IMG/VR virus record: IMGVR_UViG_3300028287_000004
Coordinates: 1-58,576 of that record
Source: a virus
Taxonomy: Duplodnaviria; Caudoviricetes
Strand: one strand, 5' to 3'
DNA length: 58,576 nucleotides
In this document: piece after piece, positions 28,730 to 38,680 of the stretch
How positions within the stretch are numbered: position 1 is the stretch's first letter
Layout: the number at the start of each line of letters is the position of its first letter
Made by a program: the position numbers and the translations under genes
Notes under the pieces: model-generated
The model's database searches: none
What the model saw: only the letters and a program-made list of their open reading frames with translations
Told to the model about the DNA's origin: nothing

Positions 28730-30196
28730 ATGTCACGTAAGTTTAAAATTGGTGGTACAAGTAAATCACTTAAAGACCTATGGAAAGAAAAGAAAGCTGC
28801 GGCAGATTCTCTTAAAACAAACGATGGTAAGTGGAACAATATCACATCACTATCATCAACATCAGATGATGACTATAAGAACTATAAGTTTAAAGTTAAC
28901 ACAAAAGGTGAGATGGAACCGGTTCTTTCAGATGCAGATATTGGCGCAGACGATATCGTATTTGGCGCATCAAAATCAAATCTTCGCCGTATGGCTGACC
29001 TAGAACGTAACGTTTCAATTCTAGCAAACCAAATCACAACTATTGATGGTGACGCAGATGTTGACGACGATTCAGACGAACTTTTCGATAACTGGATCAC
29101 AAAAGATACAGCGTTCACAAAAGATGTAACACTTGGTCGTTCAAGTTCAACATCATGGTGGAATGGTTCATCAACATCACGTGTTGATGTTGACGGTCAC
29201 TTATACATTAACAATGGTATGTCACTTGGCTCAACAGCACAAGAAGTATTCCGTGATCTTGCAGGTGGTATGGCTTCAACTGGTCTAACATTCTCAGATT
29301 CGGGTAACTCAATCTCAATCAACGAATCATATACAGCTACACGCTCATATGTTGATACAGCAATTGCAAACCTATCAGACTCAGCACCAGGTACGCTAAA
29401 CACACTTAACGAACTAGCTGCGGCGCTAGGCGATGATGCAAACTTTGCATCTACAACAGCTACTAACATTGCTGCAAAAGTTGCTAAAACATCATCACAA
29501 GCACTACGTGCAACAGATGCAATTACAGTTTCAAATGATACTATAACTATTCACAAAGGTGACGGTACATCAGAATCAGTAACAGTTTCAGATGCTAACT
29601 CAGACAACTATCTAACTGGCGCTTCATTCAGTACTTCAAATGGTGTTCTAACACTATCACGTACAAATGGTAACGTAACAGTTGATCTAGATGGTCGTTG
29701 GACAGATAACGGCTATGCAGATACAATGAATCAGCATGTTCGTACAACTGATTCACCAACATTTGCAAACGTAACAGCAACAGCGTTCAACGGTACAGCA
29801 ACATACGCTAAGTATGCTGACCTTGCAGAACGTTATGCAGCAGATGCTCCATACGCAGAAGGTACAGTTGTAGTATTTGGTGGCGAAGCAGAAGTAACAG
29901 CTTCATCATCATTCGCACAGCGTTCACTTGCAGGTGTAGTATCACTACGCCCAGCGGTTGCTATGAATGCAGAAGCAGGTAACAATGAAACACACCCATT
30001 CATTGCTCTACAAGGTCGTGTTCCAGTGAAAGTAACTGGTGACGTTAAGAAAGGTGACATTCTTGTTGCTTCTGACGTTGCAGGTACAGCAACAGCTTGG
30101 ACAAACGAAGACGCAGACCCACGTATGACAGCATACGTAGGTATCGCTATTGCAGATGCAGTAGACGGTTTCGTAGAAGTAAAAGTAGGTAAGTAA
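28730..30196 (+). CDS. Fibre/appendage protein with peptidase G2-like C-terminus
   Basis: [14 protein letters not shown] linker; YADLAERY...ALQGRVPVKV; SD TAAGGAG. Confidence 0.75.
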   Translation: MSRKFKIGGTSKSLKDLWKEKKAAADSLKTNDGKWNNITSLSSTSDDDYKNYKFKVNTKGEMEPVLSDADIGADDIVFGASKSNLRRMADLERNVSILANQITTIDGDADVDDDSDELFDNWITKDTAFTKDVTLGRSSSTSWWNGSSTSRVDVDGHLYINNGMSLGSTAQEVFRDLAGGMASTGLTFSDSGNSISINESYTATRSYVDTAIANLSDSAPGTLNTLNELAAALGDDANFASTTATNIAAKVAKTSSQALRATDAITVSNDTITIHKGDGTSESVTVSDANSDNYLTGASFSTSNGVLTLSRTNGNVTVDLDGRWTDNGYADTMNQHVRTTDSPTFANVTATAFNGTATYAKYADLAERYAADAPYAEGTVVVFGGEAEVTASSSFAQRSLAGVVSLRPAVAMNAEAGNNETHPFIALQGRVPVKVTGDVKKGDILVASDVAGTATAWTNEDADPRMTAYVGIAIADAVDGFVEVKVGK

Positions 30197-30217
30197 TTCT
30201 TATCAGAAACACTCAGA

Positions 30218-30246
30218 GAAAGGGAGCGGCAACGCTCCCTTTTTTT
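30218..30246 (+). terminator. Intrinsic terminator
   Basis: AAAGGGAGCG-GCAA-CGCTCCCTTT followed by a T run. Confidence 0.9.
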
Positions 30247-30262
30247 GTTTATAAATATGTTT

Positions 30263-30715
30263 ATGGAAATAAGATATTATAACAATAGAAAAACTGTAGA
30301 ACTTAAAACTGAATCATTCTTAGATAACATTGCTAGGTATGATATAGCTGAAAAGCCCAATGTCTTAAACAAAAAACATTCATTACAATATGTTGATTTT
30401 GATAAATTGAAAATAACAGATAAGCAACGTGAAAGTTTCGATCCTACACATGCCAATGATATCATTGATGGCTTCCATCCGGGCGTACATCATCCAACTT
30501 GTGTTGCGTTATTCAACGGAGAATATATTGTTTGGGATGGTCATCATAGTGCAGTTGTTGCATTGAAGACAGGAATGAAACAAGCGCCATGTGTTGTATT
30601 TGAATGTGACACACTAGAAGAATTTCAAAAGTTATTAGACGCAGATACGTTTATCAAATTTGATAAAGCTCAATTAGAAATTATGTTTGATGAATTACTT
30701 AATCTTCCCGATTAA
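30263..30715 (+). CDS. ParB/Srx-like domain protein
   Basis: YIVWDGHHS resembles the ParB DGHHR motif; TATAAATA at 30250 places the start at ATG 30263. Confidence 0.55.
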   Translation: MEIRYYNNRKTVELKTESFLDNIARYDIAEKPNVLNKKHSLQYVDFDKLKITDKQRESFDPTHANDIIDGFHPGVHHPTCVALFNGEYIVWDGHHSAVVALKTGMKQAPCVVFECDTLEEFQKLLDADTFIKFDKAQLEIMFDELLNLPD

Positions 30716-31403
30716 AGAAATTATTTAATGTATTACATAACCAAGATTTTTGTTCGTCTGACTTATTATCAACTACCCATTCTGGGAATTTTTCGAATAG
30801 CTTTTTCCACTGTTCCATTTCATTATGTAAATCAATAACACGTCTACTGTACTCACTCGTACCCGGCAAACTGTATTCATCACGTATATTTCTAAGATGG
30901 TCTTTGCATTTACGCAAGTCTTCTATGTCTCGGTCAACAGCAAGTAATATTTCTTCGAAACTTTCACTAGTGTTAAACTTTTCTATTAAAAATTTATGAT
31001 GGTCTTTCTTTGCCTTGCCATCATAAAGAAACATAATTTCTTGTAAGTCATAGTATAGTGCTTTTATTGGATTAATACTTTCTCTGTATCTTTCCATAAC
31101 TTCTTTAATTTCAAATCTTTTATCTATCGTGCTTAGATTTTCAAGCGCCGCCATAGCAACCATATTCATCTTTTGGCGATTATTTGTTATGTCTCGCACA
31201 TATTTCTTTTTGATACGCTCTATCGCAGTATCAATTACTTTTTTCTCGTCTACTGTTAATCCAGATTTGAGATATTCCAAGTGTCCAGGAGTTGTGTTAT
31301 TGATACCAATACGAAGGCTATCCGCAATAACACCTGTTTTTAGGTATTCTTTGCAGTCACGAATAAACTTTTGTTTTTTGAAATCAATAATGTCTTTTGA
31401 CAC
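30699..31403 (-). CDS. Hypothetical protein
   Basis: 234 aa helical ORF, SD GGAGG, late promoter at 31437-31444. Confidence 0.75.
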   Translation of the reverse strand: MSKDIIDFKKQKFIRDCKEYLKTGVIADSLRIGINNTTPGHLEYLKSGLTVDEKKVIDTAIERIKKKYVRDITNNRQKMNMVAMAALENLSTIDKRFEIKEVMERYRESINPIKALYYDLQEIMFLYDGKAKKDHHKFLIEKFNTSESFEEILLAVDRDIEDLRKCKDHLRNIRDEYSLPGTSEYSRRVIDLHNEMEQWKKLFEKFPEWVVDNKSDEQKSWLCNTLNNFFNRED

Positions 31404-31439
31404 ATGCTACCTCCCAAGAACTATTTCCTCTACTAGTAT

Positions 31440-31874
31440 TTATAGCGATAAAATAATATTTTTAATCTGCTTTAATTTATTCTTTTTGAATAGTGTGTCC
31501 CTAGTACCTGGGTGCATAGGTTTTGGGAAGTGACCACTATCAATCCAAGCATAACCTCCGCTTTCTGTATTTAACTTTGGTAGAAATTCTGTATCTACAA
31601 TTATAACGAATGTGTAATAACTAAACGTTTTGTCTCTGGAATGATATTGATCTAATGGATATATTTTATTTACTTTATTTTCAATATCTAAATCTATTTC
31701 TTCTCGCAACTCTCGTAATAGTGCTTGGGAAACATTTTCATCTTCCTCTACTTTGCCTCCCCAAAAGCCCCAATGTCTCGCATATGATCCGGAAGCCGAA
31801 CGTTGTTGTAATAGTATTCTTTTTGTATCTTTTGCTATAATGCAACCGCCTGCGGCTTTAATCATCAGTTTCAC
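31440..31874 (-). CDS. Nudix hydrolase
   Basis: Nudix box GGKVEEDENVSQALLRELREEI. Confidence 0.9.
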   Translation of the reverse strand: MKLMIKAAGGCIIAKDTKRILLQQRSASGSYARHWGFWGGKVEEDENVSQALLRELREEIDLDIENKVNKIYPLDQYHSRDKTFSYYTFVIIVDTEFLPKLNTESGGYAWIDSGHFPKPMHPGTRDTLFKKNKLKQIKNIILSL

Positions 31875-33255
31875 TTTCGCTGATTAGTTCAAGTCTCCAA
31901 TAACCACCTTCGTAGATACCTTGATATGTATCACTCCAATTTCCATCTTCAAATTTAAATTGTTGCATAGTATATGTGTTTGTAACATATGCTCTTAGAT
32001 CAAACTCACTTGCATCGAAACTAATAACCCATGAGGAACCGTTGTACTCAATGATATCATTTTCTTCAATGACTATTCCCCATACTGAATCAGATGATGC
32101 AGAACCCAAGCATAGATATCGTTGTCCAACTGATTCAGTTGGGAAGCTATTAAATCCTGGTCTAACAGTACTTGGATTAATCACTCTATCTACGCTAGTT
32201 ATAGTGTTGTTTGGTAGTGTATCACTATCTAAGTTGAACAGGAGTGCTGTAGGGTCTTCTGTGCGTGATACAGAGCCTATTACGTCAGCGTTTAAATCTT
32301 CTAGTTCGCCATGATATTTAAGACGTATTCTTGAAACACCATCGTGTAGTGTTCCATAGTTAGATAATACTGTATCCCATTCAATACCATTATCCCAATT
32401 GCCATTCTCTAATGCTTTGATTAGAATAGCATCGTCTTCTTTATAAACATTTACTGCATAGTTTCCTGGAGTAACGATAACTGAATTATCTTTTTGTAAA
32501 TCAGAAAAGAATTCAAATGCGTTAGGATCGTAGTCAAGTGTATCTAAATCAGAATAGTTATATATGTTATGAATGATATTTCTAATAACATTTTGTTTTG
32601 TAACTTGAGCAGGAGGATTAATCCAAACTGGTATTTGGAAGAATAAACTTGCGATATCAATCTGATCCTCAATACCTGCAGGAATACCACGACTTGTCCA
32701 TTGAATGTCTGTAAGCTCAACTGTTGTAATCGTAGTCCAATCAATCGGGTTATCATTCTGTTGTATTTCAAGTGCCGGATTGAATAACACTAGCATTTGC
32801 TCTAGTAGTTGTAGCTTCTGATCGGTATTAGAAGTCCATACATCTACTTGCATGTTCAATAAGTATGGCACTGGCATCAATCTGCCTACAGAATATTTGT
32901 TACCCTGTTCGTTTGTATACTTGCTTGTTTCTGGATCCCAACGTCTTTCATTTACGCCTACTGAATCTGTGAATAAAGGATCTTGTACTCTTGCTCTATC
33001 TGGTTGAAAACTCTGAACCCAACATGCAATAAATGGAGTTGAGTTAACAATGTTCTCTGAATTTCCCTTGACAATCGTAGCTGCCATACGAGACACATCA
33101 CCGTATCTTGCTGGTACACGCATATAGTAATCGCTTATGCCATCATTCATTTTCTTGCCTGTCTTTACAGAGAAGCCACTAAACATACGAACGAACTGAA
33201 GAATATATCTTCTAATTTGTTCATCGTAAAAATGCATTTGTCTTGTGTCACTCAT
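31858..33255 (-). CDS. Tail terminator/sheath stabiliser, T4 gp15-like, with C-terminal extension
   Basis: HFYDEQIRRY, PVPYLLNMQVDVWT, QLLEQMLVLFNP. Confidence 0.8.
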   Translation of the reverse strand: MSDTRQMHFYDEQIRRYILQFVRMFSGFSVKTGKKMNDGISDYYMRVPARYGDVSRMAATIVKGNSENIVNSTPFIACWVQSFQPDRARVQDPLFTDSVGVNERRWDPETSKYTNEQGNKYSVGRLMPVPYLLNMQVDVWTSNTDQKLQLLEQMLVLFNPALEIQQNDNPIDWTTITTVELTDIQWTSRGIPAGIEDQIDIASLFFQIPVWINPPAQVTKQNVIRNIIHNIYNYSDLDTLDYDPNAFEFFSDLQKDNSVIVTPGNYAVNVYKEDDAILIKALENGNWDNGIEWDTVLSNYGTLHDGVSRIRLKYHGELEDLNADVIGSVSRTEDPTALLFNLDSDTLPNNTITSVDRVINPSTVRPGFNSFPTESVGQRYLCLGSASSDSVWGIVIEENDIIEYNGSSWVISFDASEFDLRAYVTNTYTMQQFKFEDGNWSDTYQGIYEGGYWRLELISESETDD

Positions 33256-34253
33256 TATTCATCTACCTTCGGTCTAACTGCTTTTGACAGATTTACACGT
33301 GAATTTATCGTTGTTCCGTCATCAAGTATCGATACGCCATCGTTGTTAATGAATTGATGATGCAATCTGTGCCCAACTTCCCATGCTCCGTCATCGTCTT
33401 CAATTTTGAACCATTTGTTATCACGATATTGAAATAGTCTTGCTGGTTTATAATCCACTCTCAAGAAGTAAGAATTGTCATCTGGTTCTTGTGGAAAGCT
33501 ACTACCACTTGCTACAGTTGCGTAATCGATATCGTCTGGGTGGTCTCCTTGAACTGCATACTCAAGATTATTCTTTCTATAATCATAATACTTTCCAGGA
33601 ACATTCTGTTGTGCTTCGTCTACGATAGCATCGTTAATTTGCAACTCAGTGTTATATGTTGAAAGCAAATTCTTTAAATCATCAGCTTCTTCGCCGGTGC
33701 CGAATATATCAGAATACTCCTGTGAGTCTTGAAGTTGCTTACAACGAACACGCCAAATATGTGGCCACCATCCTGGATCAAAGCCTTCGCTTGCTTTTGA
33801 ACCTTCTTGTACAACCCAATATTGATTAACGGCAGCCGCATCTTCATCAAGTAGTAAGTCATCCCTCATATGAGGAAGCTCAATAACATCACCTGTCATA
33901 AGTTTTCGACCCATCTGTTCTACCATCTGATTTAGATGTACTGTGAATACATTCTGGTCTGACCCTAAGAACATACCGAACTGTGACAAATCAAAGTCTT
34001 GGTCACTTATTGTATACGCACCACGTAAATCATACAAAGTTGTTTCATATTTTCTATCACGATTCTCCATGAACAGCAAATCCTGAATTGGTGGATTAGC
34101 TGGATCATAGTTAGGATCGTTCTCATCAACTGAGCCGATATATTTGTGTACAAGTAATGACGTACCGCCATGATCGAAGTGTGCTTTCACCATCTTATCA
34201 ATGAACTTGTAGTCATTACCCTTACGAGGGTTCCATAAACTTAATCTTGGCAT
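33255..34253 (-). CDS. Neck / head closure protein, T4 gp14-like
   Basis: LSQFGMFL, GDVIELPH; adjacent to gp15. Confidence 0.7.
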   Translation of the reverse strand: MPRLSLWNPRKGNDYKFIDKMVKAHFDHGGTSLLVHKYIGSVDENDPNYDPANPPIQDLLFMENRDRKYETTLYDLRGAYTISDQDFDLSQFGMFLGSDQNVFTVHLNQMVEQMGRKLMTGDVIELPHMRDDLLLDEDAAAVNQYWVVQEGSKASEGFDPGWWPHIWRVRCKQLQDSQEYSDIFGTGEEADDLKNLLSTYNTELQINDAIVDEAQQNVPGKYYDYRKNNLEYAVQGDHPDDIDYATVASGSSFPQEPDDNSYFLRVDYKPARLFQYRDNKWFKIEDDDGAWEVGHRLHHQFINNDGVSILDDGTTINSRVNLSKAVRPKVDE

Positions 34254-34264
34254 TGCTTTTTTCC

Positions 34265-34293
34265 TTGACTTATTACTGTATTTATCATATAGT
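34265..34293. promoter_or_regulatory. Overlapping divergent promoters: sigma70-like (+) and late GATAAATA (-, 34279-34286)
   Basis: TTGACT-17-TATAGT on +; GATAAATAC on -. Confidence 0.6.
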
Positions 34294-34304
34294 TAAGATA
34301 ACGT

Positions 34305-35003
34305 ATGGAGAGAATCATTATGAATGACGGAACATTAATTTCACGTGGTATTATTGCTGATACAGTAATCTCACAATTTAAGATGTGGGCAACCAACCCA
34401 GAAAGATATCATCGTGGCAATGCAGTAGACGGCAATTATTACGGAGAACACGACGGTGAGCGAGAGTATGATGTGTGGTGGACTACTCAGCCACCAAAAG
34501 AAATGTGGATGCCACTTGTTGCTCAATTATATGGCAAGGTAACACATATGTTTGGACATGAGAATTGGTCTATTCATGTTGTTGACTGTATCACTACTCG
34601 ACCTGGATCAAGTAAAGTGTATGCACATATTGATATGCCGTATCGTTTTGATGAATTCGCAGATAGCGATGAAGTGCTTGGTGTACAAATTATTATTCCA
34701 CTAGATGTATTCACAATAGAGAATGGTGCAACAGCGTTACTCCCTGGATCGAATGCAGAACGAATCGATTATAAAGATTTAGAAACGAATCGAGAGCATT
34801 ACAATGACAGATTATTGTCAGAAGGTATGCAATTTCTTTCAAATCCTGGTGATGTTTTGCTGTATGATAGTCGCACATTACATAGTACAATGCCTAACGG
34901 ATCAAGTGAATTTCGTAGTGCATTGTTAATAAACGCTTTAAAAACTGATATTATTCCAAGAGTGCAAGAGCTTGATGGAAACACAGATTTTATTAAAAAG
35001 TAA
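34305..35003 (+). CDS. PhyH-family Fe(II)/2-oxoglutarate dioxygenase
   Basis: HID...ENGATALLPGS...PGDVLLYDSRTLHS.MPN...R. Confidence 0.85.
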   Translation: MERIIMNDGTLISRGIIADTVISQFKMWATNPERYHRGNAVDGNYYGEHDGEREYDVWWTTQPPKEMWMPLVAQLYGKVTHMFGHENWSIHVVDCITTRPGSSKVYAHIDMPYRFDEFADSDEVLGVQIIIPLDVFTIENGATALLPGSNAERIDYKDLETNREHYNDRLLSEGMQFLSNPGDVLLYDSRTLHSTMPNGSSEFRSALLINALKTDIIPRVQELDGNTDFIKK

Positions 35004-35009
35004 AAAAAC

Positions 35010-35037
35010 TTGACATTTCCTATAAACAATGTATTAT
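35010..35037 (+). promoter_or_regulatory. Sigma70-like promoter
   Basis: TTGACA-16-TATTAT followed by SD AAGGAGG. Confidence 0.55.
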
Positions 35038-35066
35038 ATAGTTAAATAGCAAATGAAGGAGGACCC

Positions 35067-36338
35067 ATGACAGTGGCAACTAAACGAAAAATGTCGAGAG
35101 TGAAAGTTACTAAAAAAGCAAGTAAGCCTCGCACCCCTAGATTTGTAGATGAAAAATATACAGGCCCAGAGCCAGACTGGACATATGCAGAAGATATGAC
35201 CGGCGAAGAATATTACCGAGAGAGATGCCGTGTAGGCTTTTATTATAATTATTTTTATACTCAAAAAGATGGTAAACCTTGGGTTATCACTTGGATGAAA
35301 AATAATGGATATACAAACACTGATATGGCAGCAGTTAAAGCAGTACCAGATAGTTGGATACCTATGTCAGTATCGGGTTATTGTCGTTCACTGACTAAAG
35401 GAATGCCGACTAATCACAACGGTGTTGCAGCACACCTTGAAACTCTTCCGGGAGTAGCATCAACATGCATGAAAGATGCAGACGTTTATGTGAAAGAAAA
35501 ACTTATAGAAATTATTGAACGTGGTGCAACTATTAAGCACGAAAAGAAAGTCGAAGAGAAGAAGAAGGATCTCCCACGCCTCAGCATTCAACAATTGCTA
35601 CGTGATAAAGCAGCAGAAATGGCAGAAGAAATCGACAACTTCGTAGATGATTTTGATTATAAGCCTGCTACACTTAAAAAGTTTGATCCACTTAAACTCC
35701 TGAGAAAAGTAGAAGCTAAAGGTAATCACGCTAAAGCAATCAAATCATTCTATGAACCAGAATTTGCAGAGTTTGATGAACTTCTTAATCCACCAAAGCG
35801 TATGAACGAAGCAAAGAAGGATGATTACGAACAACTCAAAGAAGGCTACGCACACTTAAAGAAAGCAGAACTTAAAGCCGCACATGCTTTATACAGTAAT
35901 ATTCTTGATGCGTGTGATGCGATTGTACTAGAGAGTAAAGCAAATCGTACTCCTCGTAAAAAGAAAGCAGTTAGTAAAGACAAGATTGTTGCTAAAGTTA
36001 AATATGCAAAGCAGGACCAAGCAACTACAAGTGTGTCTATTAAGCCAATTGATTGTTTAGATGCATCAGCGATTATGACTTATAATATCAAGACACGTAA
36101 ACTTGGTATCTACTATCCGGATGCTCATAGTAGTCTTTCGTTCAAAGGCACAACATTAACTGGATTTGATGAAAACAAGAGTGTACAAAAGACAATGCGC
36201 AAACCAGCAGAACAAGTATCTAAGTTTAAGAAAGTTAGTAAGCGATCTTTGCAAAAAGAATTTGATAGTGTAAACAGTGTAGAGACTAAAATGAATGGCC
36301 GCTTCAATGAACAGACTTTGATTTTGAAGGTTTTTTGA
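35067..36338 (+). CDS. Basic hypothetical protein
   Basis: 423 aa Lys-rich ORF with strong SD; function not recognised. Confidence 0.8.
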   Translation: MTVATKRKMSRVKVTKKASKPRTPRFVDEKYTGPEPDWTYAEDMTGEEYYRERCRVGFYYNYFYTQKDGKPWVITWMKNNGYTNTDMAAVKAVPDSWIPMSVSGYCRSLTKGMPTNHNGVAAHLETLPGVASTCMKDADVYVKEKLIEIIERGATIKHEKKVEEKKKDLPRLSIQQLLRDKAAEMAEEIDNFVDDFDYKPATLKKFDPLKLLRKVEAKGNHAKAIKSFYEPEFAEFDELLNPPKRMNEAKKDDYEQLKEGYAHLKKAELKAAHALYSNILDACDAIVLESKANRTPRKKKAVSKDKIVAKVKYAKQDQATTSVSIKPIDCLDASAIMTYNIKTRKLGIYYPDAHSSLSFKGTTLTGFDENKSVQKTMRKPAEQVSKFKKVSKRSLQKEFDSVNSVETKMNGRFNEQTLILKVF

Positions 36339-36396
36339 TAAATACTATGTAGGCGACGGTCTACCTTAACTCATTATTCCCGGGAGACACAAAATA

Positions 36397-36831
36397 ATGT
36401 CACAATCAAATAGAGTATTTTACTATATGGAAATTAAAGTTCCAAACTTTGCGGCCGAAACTTCAATCGGCGCACAGCGCGACCTTCTAGACCAACACAT
36501 TGCAGAAACAAATTCTAAAAAATCTAAAATTGCAAAAGAAACTGTATTTTTAGACATTGCAGTTCATAATCAAGTTGATGATGTGCAGGCTATTACACTA
36601 GAATTTGCAAACGAGCGTAATTATAACACATACCTTTCTGTAGTTCAAGAATTCAGAGATTGGGCTATTACAAACCACAATGTTGAATATGTAATGGAAA
36701 AAACGTCTATTACATCATATGCGGCACTTACTACTGAATTACTAGATACTACGAATGGATCAACAGATACATATTATGATAATATGAAAAAATATATGGT
36801 AGTTGACCTGCCAACATCACGTGGTTTTTAA
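36397..36831 (+). CDS. Hypothetical late protein
   Basis: GATAAATA at 36337, SD GGAG, followed by a terminator. Confidence 0.75.
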   Translation: MSQSNRVFYYMEIKVPNFAAETSIGAQRDLLDQHIAETNSKKSKIAKETVFLDIAVHNQVDDVQAITLEFANERNYNTYLSVVQEFRDWAITNHNVEYVMEKTSITSYAALTTELLDTTNGSTDTYYDNMKKYMVVDLPTSRGF

Positions 36832-36855
36832 GTAAAAATTTTAAATTAATGTTAA

Positions 36856-36885
36856 GCCCATACTATTAATAATAGTATGGGTTTT
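36856..36885 (+). terminator. Intrinsic terminator
   Basis: GCCCATACTATT-AAT-AATAGTATGGGT followed by TTT. Confidence 0.7.
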
Positions 36886-36931
36886 CCATATCCGGTATAT
36901 TTGATAAATACTGTATATTGGAGATTTATCA

Positions 36932-37684
36932 ATGCCTAAGAACCGTAATAAAATTAGAAATGATGTGATTAAAGAAATTAGACTATTGCTTGGCGATGGT
37001 ATGATTGACATCGAACTTGATCCTGAACACTATGATGTGGCACTTGATGTAGCTGTATCTAAAATTAGACAACGCTCAGAAAATTCAGTAGAAGAAGACT
37101 TCTATGCGCTTGAACTAAAAGAAGACGTTTCAGAATACTCACTACCTGAAGAAATCATTGAAGTGAAACAGATTTGGAATCGTTCATTTGGTAATGGTAT
37201 TTCTGGTGGCAATGATATGGATCCATTTGAATTAGCATATGCTAACTCTTATTTTATGACAAATAATCATATTGGCGGCGCTTCAACATACGATTTTTTT
37301 GCTCAATACAGAGAAACAATTAACCGTGTTGCGGCAACAGATATTCAATACATTTGGAATCCAGTAACAAAGAAACTAAAACTTCTACGCAGAATGAGAG
37401 CCGATACAACTGTTCTTGTACATGTACACTTAGAACGTAACGAAGACCAACTTATGATTGACCCTTATATCAAGTCTTGGATTCGTGATTATGCACTTGC
37501 ATATTGTAAGCGTATGCTAGGTGAAGCACGTGGTAAGTTTTCATCACTTCCGGGCGCTCAGGGCGGCGTGACACTTAACGGTGCAGAAATGAAAGCAGAA
37601 GCAGATGCACTGATTGAAAAATTAGAATTTGAATTGACGAATTATCAAGATGGTTCAGCGCCATTAGGATTTGTAATCGGCTAA
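36932..37684 (+). CDS. Neck protein / head-tail adaptor, T4 gp13-like
   Basis: IDIELDPEH, WIRDYALAYCK..LG..RGKF..LPG.QGGVTLNG; GATAAATA at 36903. Confidence 0.85.
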   Translation: MPKNRNKIRNDVIKEIRLLLGDGMIDIELDPEHYDVALDVAVSKIRQRSENSVEEDFYALELKEDVSEYSLPEEIIEVKQIWNRSFGNGISGGNDMDPFELAYANSYFMTNNHIGGASTYDFFAQYRETINRVAATDIQYIWNPVTKKLKLLRRMRADTTVLVHVHLERNEDQLMIDPYIKSWIRDYALAYCKRMLGEARGKFSSLPGAQGGVTLNGAEMKAEADALIEKLEFELTNYQDGSAPLGFVIG

Positions 37685-37746
37685 CTGCTACAATTTATCG
37701 CATCGCTTTTTCTTAATTTACGTGTTATTATACAATAAATAAGAAT

Positions 37747-38070
37747 ATGGAATTCTTATTAAAAGCAGTAATATCAGGTATACTTGTAGCTACAGTCAGC
37801 ACAGTTGCACAACGTAATGCGACACTGGCTTCATTGCTCATGGGTATACCTTTTACCGCCTTCTTAGCAATGATATTCATGTGGTATGCGGGCGTTGATG
37901 TTGAAACATTTTCTAAATTTTCTTTTGGAACTGTGTATTTTGTCTTGACATCCTTAGTGTTTTTTGTTATATTTGGGGTAATGATAAGTTACGTTGGTTT
38001 CTGGTACAGTATGTTACTCGGATCAATAGTAACTATTATCCTATATAACGTTGTACTAAGGCTTTTATAA
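37747..38070 (+). CDS. Small membrane protein (DUF3147-like)
   Basis: LLKAVISGILVATVS..A.R; four hydrophobic segments. Confidence 0.65.
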   Translation: MEFLLKAVISGILVATVSTVAQRNATLASLLMGIPFTAFLAMIFMWYAGVDVETFSKFSFGTVYFVLTSLVFFVIFGVMISYVGFWYSMLLGSIVTIILYNVVLRLL

Positions 38071-38577
38071 ATGACAAAACATAAACTACTAGTAATAGGT
38101 CACGGTAGACATGGTAAGGATACTGTTTGCGAAATATTGTGTGACGAATATGGCTATACCTTTGAAAGTAGTAGTCAGTTTTGTAGTAAACTTTTTATCT
38201 ATGATATGCTTAAAACAAAATACAACTATTCTAATGAAGAAGAGTGCTATGCAGATAGACATTCTCACCGTTCAGAATGGTATGACGCAATCTGTAAATA
38301 TAATCTCAATGATGCGGCCACATTAGGGCGTGAAATGTTTAAAGAATACGATATCTATTGTGGATTACGCAACAAGCGTGAATTCTTTGCAATGAAAAAT
38401 ACAGGCGTATTTGATTATTGCATCTGGGTAGATAGAAGTGATCACTTGCCTCCTGAAGATAAAAGCAGTATGAGCTTAGAACAGTGGATGGCAGACTTCA
38501 CTATTGATAATAATAGTGGGCTATCTGAGTTAGCTTTTAATACTCGTAAATTAATCAATTATATTTCCCATAGCTAA
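38071..38577 (+). CDS. Deoxynucleoside monophosphate kinase-like P-loop protein
   Basis: VIGHGRHGKDT Walker A; ADFTIDNN C-terminus. Confidence 0.7.
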   Translation: MTKHKLLVIGHGRHGKDTVCEILCDEYGYTFESSSQFCSKLFIYDMLKTKYNYSNEEECYADRHSHRSEWYDAICKYNLNDAATLGREMFKEYDIYCGLRNKREFFAMKNTGVFDYCIWVDRSDHLPPEDKSSMSLEQWMADFTIDNNSGLSELAFNTRKLINYISHS

Positions 38578-38680
38578 GTATTGCAAACATTGTCTACGTA
38601 GTTAATTCAAAAACATCTATTATCCTCGTTTTTTCATAAATACTACTAGCAATTCGTATATTCAAACAAGGAGAACAAGG

